The position numbers were made by a program, and so were the translations under genes. The notes under the pieces are model-generated. The model saw only the letters and a program-made list of their open reading frames with translations. It had not been told where the DNA came from and made no database searches. A stretch of DNA of 64,000 nt from Antedon mediterranea. Its lineage: Eukaryota > Animalia > Echinodermata. Below, piece by piece: positions 53,171 to 64,000 of the stretch; the first letter of the stretch is position 1; each line of letters begins with the position of its first letter. Location of the stretch: the NCBI RefSeq assembly GCF_964355755.1, contig NC_092677.1, positions 14,654,101 through 14,718,100 on the forward strand, given 5' to 3'.

Positions 53171-56100
53171 TCCTACATTAACTTCAGTAATAATGTTGAC
53201 ATGGCACACTTTATAAGAAGACTCTGAAATTCCAAACAAAATTTAAAGATTTGTATGACTGCAGAAGGAACAAAATGCATCTTTACCGGTGCAACTAGGT
53301 CTTTGTATATTTCTATAAAGCATTTTTATGTCTTGAGTCTTGCAAAAATCTATGATATTGAATGGAATTTCTAAAGATTGTTAATCAAAAAAAAAATAAA
53401 AAATTACCAGTTACCAATATTTTGTATACCAAAGTAAAATTATAGGTTTATGATATATTAAGATAAGATTAAATCCTTTGTAAAATACTTATCTCCTTAA
53501 TCTCAAACGTTTTCATTTTGTTTTTGACATTTTCCACATATTACTGCACAATAATTTAGAAGTTTTTGTAACTTTTTAAACAAAACTCTGCGGTATATAC
53601 CTGTACTACAATTTTTATTGGTTTTTCAACTAGTACAATCACAAACTGATTGGTATCAGTTGAATTAGGTACTTAAACGTTAGTTTACACTAGTTAAGTG
53701 CTACTTATCAAGATTCTTCTTTAGAACTTCTATAAGTTCATTGACTTTCATCGTATTGATGATCATTTATAAAGCAATTACAAAGGAATTAGTTGATTGT
53801 TATCATCTAAATAGACTTTCATCGGTAGGATGATCATCAATTTGTTATTTGTGTCCCTATTCTATTGAAATTCTATTGAATTTTCTATTCAGGTTCAGAA
53901 ATATTTTTTAGGCCTACTTACTGTATTAAGTCCTAGTTTTCTAGATATTGAACTTTGAAGTGACATTTTCTTAACTAAAGAAAAATTCTTCCTTTTAGTT
54001 GGCCAAAACTCGATGTGAAGTAATTATGTACAAAATGTAAGGTTTCCTTAAAAAGGTTTTTCCACAAAAACTATATGATTATTTTTCTACAGTGATGTCT
54101 TCCATTAGACACTCGTCCAATCACCAAACTGGTAGTACGGGCTCTTGTTAACCATCTGATTGACCAATTGGATTACATAATTCATAAAGACATACAAATT
54201 ATATGTGATACCTATTCCAATAATGACACATCCAATCAAACACCTGTTTGTTTTGCATTCTCTTCTTTGTTGTTTCTTTTGTTTTCATATGAAACAACCT
54301 AGCTTTAGTACAAATCATTTAAATTGTTTTGTATATATCTTGAGATTTCCAATGACAAATGAGTTTCTATCATGTTTTTCATGCTTCAGTGATCACAGTT
54401 TTTCGGTCTTTTTGATAGTAAATAAGCCTGAAAGGCGAAAACTTTGTTACAGTTCTTTCTAGGCCTTTTCAAGAGTTTTTAATTCACTTGAGCTTTTAAT
54501 TTGATATCGGTTTTTGTAGCTGTGAGGGGAAACATGCATTTAATTCCATCTTAATACCAATGTACACTACCCTACGGTCATAGCCGTAGTAATCTCGGAG
54601 CTTGAAGCATTTCGGGCAAACAATACCTGTATTCTCTTACTTAATCCTTAGCAATACATCATTCAGGCCAACAATATGTAAATAAAACACTTCATCATAG
54701 GTTTGTTAAGGTCGTGCAAGTGTGTGTTTGCTTAGTGGAGATATTTACAATATTCAAAGAACGGGTGACTATGGTGAGTTCAGAGTTTGCGTTGGCCGGA
54801 GGACAGAAAGGCATAGTTTATGAAATTGAATTGGACATTATATGATTGATCAATTAAACAGTACTAAAGTGTTAGTTTAATATTGTGTACCGTAGTTTCA
54901 GATATCATATTTTCTAAACTTTTAAATCTACTGATTCTAATTAGTCTAGTTTTCTTTTCAAAGGTTATCAACCTTTTTCAATCTGCATTTGAGTTTGGAA
55001 ATTCTGTATTTCATTCATAAAACATTCAGCTTATTATTGCCAAAATGGATGATATAATCGTTAAAACTTATGAATAAATTAAGATGCATATGTCATTGTT
55101 ATTTTCACCTGCTTTGAAATTTGTTTAAAATTCTATTTTATTTGGTACCATTACTGTATTACATTGTTAAACACGTACAAATGTGAGATAGCCAAATTTT
55201 ATGATGTAATCTTGATCTTATGAATAAATTAGCATATATTATGCCATTGTTATTTTTCGATATTCGTAATTCATATAATGATAACAATATTTTGATATGC
55301 AAAATTAGGAATTAGTTTGTTGCCACAACCACATGTGGACAAAGCACAAAATAGAAAGAAAAACGTGCCTGAAAAAGATGCAAGGAGGTATAGTTGTCTG
55401 TTTTCATAGCGAGTTATGAGTGTAATGCAATATTTACCTTCAGCAAAAAGCAGCTCGCATAACATTTAAAACACTTTTAAACTAATTTCTCAGCTTGTCA
55501 CCTACTTCTAGCCAATTTTTTTTAACAACAGACTCAAGCAGTGTAGACATGCCTAGCCCTTGTATTACATATCAGAATCACCCTTGTGGTCATGCGTATC
55601 ATAGCCCCTGGGAAAACGTGGCCTCACTGTCTTGTCCAAAACTCATCTTATATTTCCTCCTTGGGGCCTAGCTCATATCCCATCAAATAATTGTTATAGA
55701 ATGTCTCATATTTGTCTTTGTGTGCCAATTGTCTTCACTGTTATTCTATCGTGCTTCTTAATGATTGTAAATTTAACAGCAGTTCAAATTTATCCTCTGC
55801 CTGCGCTAAACATTTTCAAAACCTGAACATATTAATCTATGAAAATGTCTATCTTGCAAATATGTAGGTTAATAAAAATATTGATACAATACAACAATCA
55901 TAGTTTAACATCTGTCTGTTACCTTTGATGAGCGGTAAATGAACAAAAGACAAAATGTGTATCTGATTATTATGTGTTATCACTTGTTTTGGGTGATTTT
56001 ATATATTTTCTTTTCTATTGTTGGAGCCATATGGGCTAGATTGATTGATCATGAAATCACAGGAGTATTGTCTTCATTAACCCAGATGCTAGGATTAAAA

Positions 56101-59100
56101 CTCAAAATACCACATTAATCTATCAAAAGTACATACATTATGTGAATTTACTGATCTGATTCAATTTAATTTTGAATATATAAGTTGAATGCACTAATAA
56201 CAGTAGGTTGTTTTTTTATATACATTTGATATACTGTACAGTAATCTAATGATACTGCAGTACTTATAGATTTCATTGAAAGAGAATTTATTAGAAAAAT
56301 TGTACTATTTTTCCATTTTTTAATGAGGTTGTCTTCTACTTTCTCAGAATATACTATATTTTTTTATTGGAACAGTAAAATTTGCGAACATATTTAGCCA
56401 AGGATACTTTTTACAGATTTTATAGAACAAATTAGAACGAAAACTACTACTGTTGTTACAGAAATAACTATATTAATAGTTACCAATATTACATCACTGT
56501 TTATTTTTTACATATAAAGGAGACTGAAGAAGAAATAGAACTTTTTGAGACTGAAGCCAAAAACAACAATCTTTGAGGAAAATTGAGAGTGGAGTAACAC
56601 AGAGTTGAACCAGTCTTCTTCGTTTCTTTGTTTGAATTGAATTGAATGCATTTATCGTTTAAACAAATTGGCATTATTTTTATATATATACTTTATGGTA
56701 ATAATTTATTAATTACTGTATATTTAATTAAATTTAAACAGATAATAGTCCAAATAAACGAAATCCACTTGTTGTCTTTAAACTAGTAAACCAGTATTGT
56801 ACTTACCATATTAGTACATGTACTATTTAGTTGTCACATGTGTAGTCATAATATACATAATTAGTCTGTTATACTCAAACCACAAGATTTACCATAAAAG
56901 CTTCCTGAGCCTTGTTTTGGTGAAGGGCAAATAGGATTGGTTTTAAAAACAAACACATGATTGAGTCAGCTCAACACTGCTAGTAAAGTTCAAAAGTTTG
57001 TCTAAAGCTTTTGAAAGGAATCTGAAAATAAAGAAACAGTTATAACCAGTAAGAAGATTGAACAAACACCATATGAACTCACAATTACCGATTCATTAAA
57101 GATTTCACACAAAGAATAACTGATTATGTTTAAGTAACATAAGAGAAACTAATATTCCAAATAGTGACTTTCTTTTCATTATTTTGTCAGACACCCTTTT
57201 TCTTCTAAAAGCATTATACATTTTGCTGAAGTTAATTGACTGTACTGCTCTAGTTAGTAACACGTTAGTATATTCTATTGATTACTCGGCTCGTTTCTTT
57301 AATCTTTATAATGCTAAAATACTGGTAAATTACACCATTTGTAATGAATGGGAGATTAACTGCCAGTGGTGTACCCTAGTAAATGAAACAATAGCTCAGA
57401 TCTTTTGTACAACCTTTGTCTGTGACAGATAAACTATTAAGCGAGATATTTGGATCACAATGCGTGATCAATATCTGCTTTATACTTATGTTTCAACAAC
57501 GTTTTCAACATTTGTTTGTTATTAATTGCTTTTAAATCCGTGTGCGATATCGGTCATAGGAGGATAAAAGCAGGGTCGGTATTTGATCTAGCATCAAGAA
57601 GTATCAAAAGATTAAGCATAATCATACTTTTTCTCTCATTGTAACAGTTTGCCTGTAGGCATCTTGATTCCATTGGTGAACAGTTTTAGAAATAGATCCA
57701 TTTATATCCAAACTGTTCCATTTACTTTGTAGGGGTGTTTTCTAATTAAATGACTCTGTTGTTTCTCTTTATTGTATCATAGGCACAATCTGATTAAAAT
57801 ATGCAAGTAAATCAACATAAATGTTATAAAATGACAATAAAAATCAAAATCTTCATGCTTGGTTTTCTTCATAATTTGATAACTCAAAGTTCTGTCTATT
57901 GCGATAGTCAAAATGTCATTAAAAATTCTGAAATATCAGGTATGTGGTTTTATTACTCACATTACCTCAGACTTGAAGGTTAACAATTGAAGATTGTATT
58001 TCAAGGAGGAAATGTGGAATAATGGGTCTCATTTAAATCACAGTGGTTAAATAATAGTCTGGTGTTGCAAGTAAACTGCTTTTGTTCTACAATCATATTT
58101 GCATTTGAGATGATCCATGGTAAATGTCTCCAAGGAGGGGGTCTTCCTCTAAGCATGTGATAAAGAGAGCTAGCCATTCAACTTGCTGTTGTGTTCCAGA
58201 TAATGCTCTGGGAAATTATCTCTATTCTTTGCATGTATCTTTACCTCGAAACTCAAATTAACATTTATTCATAAACACAGCATGATATTAGTTGCACCTG
58301 TTTTCGTAAACAGTAAATTTAAACAATTAAAGTTGTTGAGTACTAATATAAAAGTGTTTCAAATAATCACTATTTTCTAATAATGTTTTTTGTGCCTTTT
58401 TTGTTTCTGTTCCTTCTAATATACAATCTCAATTGAAATATATTCCAGTCAGAATTGTGTCTTGATTTGATTTTGATTTATTCAATATCGGCTCATTACA
58501 ATTACAACAGAATACATAAAAAAATAATGAAACATAAAGCCAGGATTGTCACAAGCGAACCCAATCACTGTTTAAAGACTTTCCTTTCTTGCTATATTAT
58601 AATAGTAGTTAATAAGCATTATATTTGTATTTGTCTTAATGCAATTTGATTAACAATAAACAATTGACAAAGATAAGTTATGGAAACACAGTTAAAAAGA
58701 TGTATCTCCCTGTTTTAATAATATTAGGGATATTTATTGGTATTTGGTTTACAACTGATAGTGCTTTATATTGCAAGGTCATAGAAACCTCTTGTTTTTT
58801 GTAGATTTCATCTGAAATGATACCACTACAATCAAACCACCTAATTGACACCTCTATGGAGGTCTTGTTGATGAAAATTGTAGAAGGCCAAATAATACAT
58901 AAATTACTGTACACACCTGAATGTCTTGTCATTTGTTTTATTAAACAAAGATTACCTGCATTATAGACAAAGAAATGAGGGAAAAACTATAGAAACTCCA
59001 CATGTTATATTTACCGTATGAAATACCAAAACATTCTTATATTTTTTAACAAAGTTAAAAAGGGGTCTCACAATATCATAGAAACAGCATATGTAAATTG

Positions 59101-59153
59101 TAAAGAAAGAAGACAAATGAATGCTTATCACAAGAGTGTTCAGTTTAGGATAT

Positions 59154-59223
59154 GTTATACCAAGGAGTTGTAAAATAAGATTAAAAAAGTAAGTAAAATT
59201 ATTTTACAACTCCCTGGTTTTAC
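59154..59223. mobile_element. 56-bp P-like mini element or footprint with 18-bp inverted arms and 7-bp TSD-like repeats
   Basis: GTTATAC-CAAGGAGTTGTAAAATAA...TTATTTTACAACTCCCTG-GTTTTAC (flanks match 6/7). Confidence 0.6.
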
Positions 59224-61547
59224 CATCTGATTAACTAGCACCTTTCACCATTAACAACTACAAGTTTCACCCTAAATAACCACTCATTTCACCTTCAATC
59301 AGCATCAACTCATTTCACCCAAAATGTCAAAAAGACAACGTCATCAATAATGAATTCCATTACTAATAAAGTGGTTTTTTAAATTATTGAATGATTTTAT
59401 TAATTATAATTAATATGTAATTATATAAATGTATATTCAATACATAACTCAACGTAATATTTTTATTTCTAGTTGTAAAGAATTTTTAAAAATCAGTCAG
59501 GCATCCATTGGTTGCTGACACATGCTTGCTTGAGTCCTGGTGAGGACTAAATAGTTTGCATGCTTTCTTTCAGTTTTCTGAAGCAGGATAATAAATCGAA
59601 AACTTAATGTTCACACTTTCCCTGTTGTCATGCAGCATTGTTGCTCACTAGGTGATTTTAAGTGTGTGATTCAATGTTTTATTATAACCATATTTTGCAC
59701 TTAGATTAAAACACCCCTCTCATAATAATGTAGCAGGCCCAAGCAAATCTCCTAGTTGCTTACACAGTTGGTTACTTGTTCAGTGCCATTCAAGGCAAGA
59801 GGCAAACATCACACAGCCTAGTTTCTTGTGTTTCCACTGTTTTGCTATGTGTTATCAAAAGCGAGTATATTTTATGAACCTTGTTTAATTGTTTTGAGGA
59901 CCAGCTTTGATTTCAACCGATAGAATAACTTGATTTCACTTGCTAGGCTGATTTTGGACAACACAGCTGCCAAACTTCTGATAGGCTACCATTTGCATCA
60001 TTAAATATTCGTTGATGTTGTTTTTAAACATGCTTACAAACCTTTCAATCTAGGAGCCTGTATGTAAAGGAATGTCTGCTGTTTGAGTCAAGAACAAAGT
60101 GTTTTTTTTATGGTGGCATTCATTTTTACAGGGGAAAAAAACAATTTGTGGATATAACTATATAAATGAACTTGAACACAAACATTGGAGATAAATTTTA
60201 GCAGAGAAATGAAAAAATATATAATCGTGCATCGTACAAGATATTTACACATTTTGTAGACAAAACACGATCTGGTGGTGTGCCGACAATCTCTCAAATC
60301 GGGATCCATATTAAGTTTTCAATGCTAATTTTCGGTTCTATTTATTTGGATAAAATACAAAGTTAAGAAGATGTATTGCAAATATATGGATAGACTTGTA
60401 GTTCTGTATTTCGCCATCATCTATTTCTCAGTGTCAGGTAGGTCTTTAAAAAAAGGATTTAAAGTAATATTCTATATTGAAAATCCTGTTAATATTACTT
60501 ATATATTTATTTCCTTGCACTAAAGTAACACACATGTTAACATACATATGCCACCAATATTTTCTAATATTAAACTAATTCCTCTATCACATAAATACAA
60601 TTACATTTTTTTTCTCTGAAAGCTTGTATGAATTATTCATTTTTCATGTCAAAATGTATCTAGATTAATTAACTTACTTACAATAGAGGTATTGTATTCC
60701 AAATGATAAGGCTGAATTCTTTATTGTCATTGATAAGTGGTCTCTAATTAATTGTTTATGTCATCAGATCTTTGATTGAAAAAGAAAATTGATTGAAACA
60801 ATCTTTGAAATTGCACTCGAATGAAATATGTTAGGATCTTTAGGTATTGATTTTTCTTTTTGTTTAGCAACTTCTAGAAGTGTGACCATGGTTAGGAATT
60901 GTCTGCTGTACTTTTTTCGACATATTAGGTCATTGGATAAAAATATATTCGCTTATTCTACAAGCTTTCAAATATAAATAATAGAATGTTATTCTTATTT
61001 GCTAATTCGATAAATCGCTTAACAAAATTCTATAGAAAATATGAACTGTGAGTTACCATGGAGAAAGTTGTTTGTGGTTTGATCTGCTGTTTCACCTGTA
61101 GTAGAAAATGTTTTGGTAGAGAAAGATAATTAAAGTTTAAACATTTATTTCTTATTTTAAAATAGACTTTTTTGTTCAGATTTAGCTATTGTTTGAATTG
61201 TTTAATAATACTTTATTATGGTTCTAGGACACCTACCCCCTAGACAGTTACCCCCCGGATGTTTACCACCCGGACAACTACCCCCTTAGGACAACTACCC
61301 CCCGGACAATTACCCCCCGGACAACTACCCCCTTAGGACAACTACCCCCTTAGGATAACAACCCCCCGGACAACTACCCCCCGGACAACTACCCCCTTAG
61401 GACAACTACCCCCTTAGGACAACTACCCCCCGGTCAACTACCCCCCGGTCAACTACCCCCCGGTCAACTACCCCCCATCCCCCCAATCTAAAAGTAGACA
61501 AATATATAGGACCGGTTTCTGTAAAAATGAAATCATCTGTTTTTAAC

Positions 61548-61925
61548 GGGTGTTTCGAAACTAGAGACCCGAGACCAGAGACCTGACACGACCCAATACG
61601 AAAAGGGAGACCTATATTTGGGTCTCCCTTTTCGTATATTAGGGTCTCCCTTTTCGTTCTGGTCTCTTTTTTCGTATATTTGGGTCTCCCATTTCGTATA
61701 TTTGGGTCTCCCTTTTCGTATATTTGGTCTCCCTTTTCGTATATTTAGGTCTCCCTTTTCGTATATTAGGGTCTCCCTTTTCGTATAGTGGGGTCTCCCT
61801 TTTCGTATAGTGGGGTCTCCCTTTTCGTACGTGGGTCTCCCTTTTCGTATATTTAGGTCTCCCTTTTCGTATTGGGTCTCGGGTCTCATGGTCTCTGGTC
61901 TCGGGTCTCTAGTTTCGAAACACCC
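61548..61925. mobile_element. Mutator-like (MULE) MITE with 9-bp TSD, nested in the foldback
   Basis: Perfect TIR GGGTGTTTCGAAACTAGAGACCCGAGACCAGAGACC (36 bp) at both ends. GTTTTTAAC is duplicated at 61539-61547 and 61926-61934. The interior has about 12 units of ~21 bp (GGGTCTCCCTTTTCGTATATT). Confidence 0.88.
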
Positions 61926-61985
61926 GTTTTTAACCGATTATTCTGTTTAACAGCACGCCAGGCCCTAGATTTGCTAGATTTAAAG

Positions 61986-62200
61986 TACCGTATTTATTGA
62001 AAAAAACGGCCTGGGCTGTTTATTGTTTAGGTGGTTTTTAGGTGGACATTTATTGGAAGAAAGTTGTTTATTCAATGGGAGGGGGTATAATCTAATGGAA
62101 ATAGACGCCGATTATTCCATATGATGTGTCATGAGAGTGACATGGTCACCGTTTATTTGAGGGAAATTTATTTAAAGATCGCCGTTTATTCGGTGAGTGA
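61986..62200. mobile_element. Degenerate pogo/Tigger-like MITE relic
   Basis: TACCGTATTTATT start with recurring (C)GTTTATT motifs; right end eroded. Confidence 0.4.
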
Positions 62201-64000
62201 ACATTGAGGTCAAATATCAAAAGTGATATTATTCTTCAAGTGTACAAAAATACAAATGACAAATTTGAGACAAAAATTAATTCTTTTAAGACCAGTGGTT
62301 ATCGAAGCATTGTCCTGACGCAAAAATTATTATTATTATTAGCGAACCCAGTTTTTACAGTAAATACAGGGAGTACTATATAATACGTTCGACTATCCTA
62401 TGATCATGTGACAATCTTCAGTTTATACCAGGCTATATTTATGTTCAATCTTTTACTTTTGTTTACAATAATGAATAGTAATTCGTCAAAGTAAGAATTA
62501 AAATATAGTTATTAATTCCTATTATACGCTGTTGCAGAGGTCAGGTTGTTGAATGGTCTGGGTGTTAGTTGTCCGTCCGGGGGGTAGTTGTTCTAAAGGG
62601 ATAGTTTTCTGGGTGGTAGTTGTCCAGGGGTTAGTTGTCCTACGGAGGTAGTTGTCCTAAAAGATTATTTGCCCTCGGAGTATTGTCCAGGTCCAGGAGG
62701 TAGTTGTCCTACGGGGAGTATTGTGTCAGAGGCAGTTGTCCGCGGGGTAATAAGATTATGATAATATAATTTCTAATTTGATACGATTAACCAAAAAGGA
62801 ATTACAGTGATACGGGTTACTGGTGGTACTGAGCTATTATTGTTTTTTTTTATCATGTATATAAATATATTGTATAATCCGGGTTGTAAAATGAAAACAA
62901 ACAAATGAAATGTTGTCCAGGGGTTAGTTGTCCTACGGAGGTAGTTGTCCTAAAAGATTATTTGCCCTCGGAGTATTGTCCAGGAAGTAGTTGTCCTACG
63001 GGGAGTATTGTGTCAGAGGTAGTTGTCCGCGGGGTAATTACCCGGGGAGGAGGGGGTAATTGTCCGGGGGGTAATTGTCCGGGGGGTAATTGTTCCTAGG
63101 GGGTAATTGTCCGGGGGGTAGTTGTCCTAAGGGGGTAGTTGTCCTAAGGGGGTAGTTGTCCGGGGGGTGTTTGTCCGGGGGTAGTTGTCCTAAAGGGGTA
63201 GTTGTCCTAAGGGGGTAGTGGTCCAGGTGGTGGTTGTCCGGGGGGTAGTTTTCCGGGGGGTAAATGTCCAGGGGGTGAATATCCGGATATTATATAGAAA
63301 TTGTATGACGAGTGACCATGGAACAAGTCGTTGTGGAAATGATTTGTCTGCTTCACATGGTCCTTGCCATTTATCATCATTTTAGGAGCTTTTTTTATCT
63401 TCGTCTGCTATCTTGTACTAGCGTTTTATGTAGGTGTTTATTACCTTTACTATACTAGCCACTTCCTTCCACTTCTGTGGTCTGAACTAATCTAACACCA
63501 AATTAAAACAACAGTTGCATAATAAACATGTATATCTTTCATTTGAATATCAAGCTGTTTTATTGTTTTCATCGATATATTTATTTGTTTGTCCTAGTCT
63601 AATACTAATTTTGAATTAAATGTACAATGCTAATGTGTGCTGTTATTAAAATATCTAATCTTAGATATTTTAAGAAAGAAATTGCGTAGTTATTAATATT
63701 AATAATCATAATAGTTACTCTATATTTATCGTACTAATATCTTAATGAGATATTACAAATTATTGTTTAAGAAGAGTTAATACTAAATAGTGGAACATTA
63801 TATACAGATCAGAGTTAATATATGTAGAAATAGTCAATAATTATTAAATATTAAGAATACTGTATAATGTATAGGGAAATACTATGTGGAATTGGTGCAT
63901 GATATATTAATTATGAATGCATTTAGTGGGAAACAGTGTTATTTAAGAGGTCATCTCTGCAATATGATCAGTGGTCTCAGTAAATTATTCAAAAATTGAT

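Larger units (their letters stand above)
61220..63290. mobile_element. Foldback-type (Mutator/Phantom-like) non-autonomous structure with inverted tandem-repeat arms
   Basis: The left arm (61220-61476) is 15-17-bp GGACAACTACCCCC(C/TTA) units. The right arm (62565-63290) is the reverse complement, GGGGGTAGTTGTCC. No transposase ORF and no convincing TSD. Confidence 0.7.

Noticed and set aside
61533-61889. KGRPNIR/YEKGDP repeat ORF, and the CPGG ORF at 62905-63099
   Set aside because: Translations of 21-bp and 15-bp transposon subterminal repeats.
5147-64000. Host gene exons suggested by isolated splice-like signals (e.g. CAG|GTAAG at ~21496 and ~50927)
   Set aside because: No paired acceptor/donor enclosing a recognisable coding segment. 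Short or non-coding exons cannot be excluded without RNA-seq.

Overview
AT-rich (roughly 30% GC by eye) animal genomic DNA, probably a marine invertebrate (inferred from repeat types; not bacterial). The only convincing protein-coding sequence is a Gmr1-like Gypsy LTR retrotransposon on the minus strand (about 5146 down past position 1). It has one uninterrupted gag-pol frame in the order Gag(SCAN-like, CCHC)-protease-integrase-RT-RNase H, a 5' LTR and a tRNA-Leu primer-binding site (PBS) that is duplicated and followed by decayed PBS-like copies. The other ~59 kb has no recognisable host exons (large intron or gene desert) and contains MITEs, SINE relics, minisatellites and a nested foldback/Mutator-like structure at 61.2-63.3 kb. 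Most notable: (1) the polarised PBS array in the retrotransposon leader; (2) tiny palindromes flanked by 7-bp direct repeats that look like P-superfamily excision footprints, three of them stacked at one site (52818-52903); (3) an inverted pair of Penelope-like hammerhead-type motifs. All calls come from reading the sequence by eye; no database searches were run.
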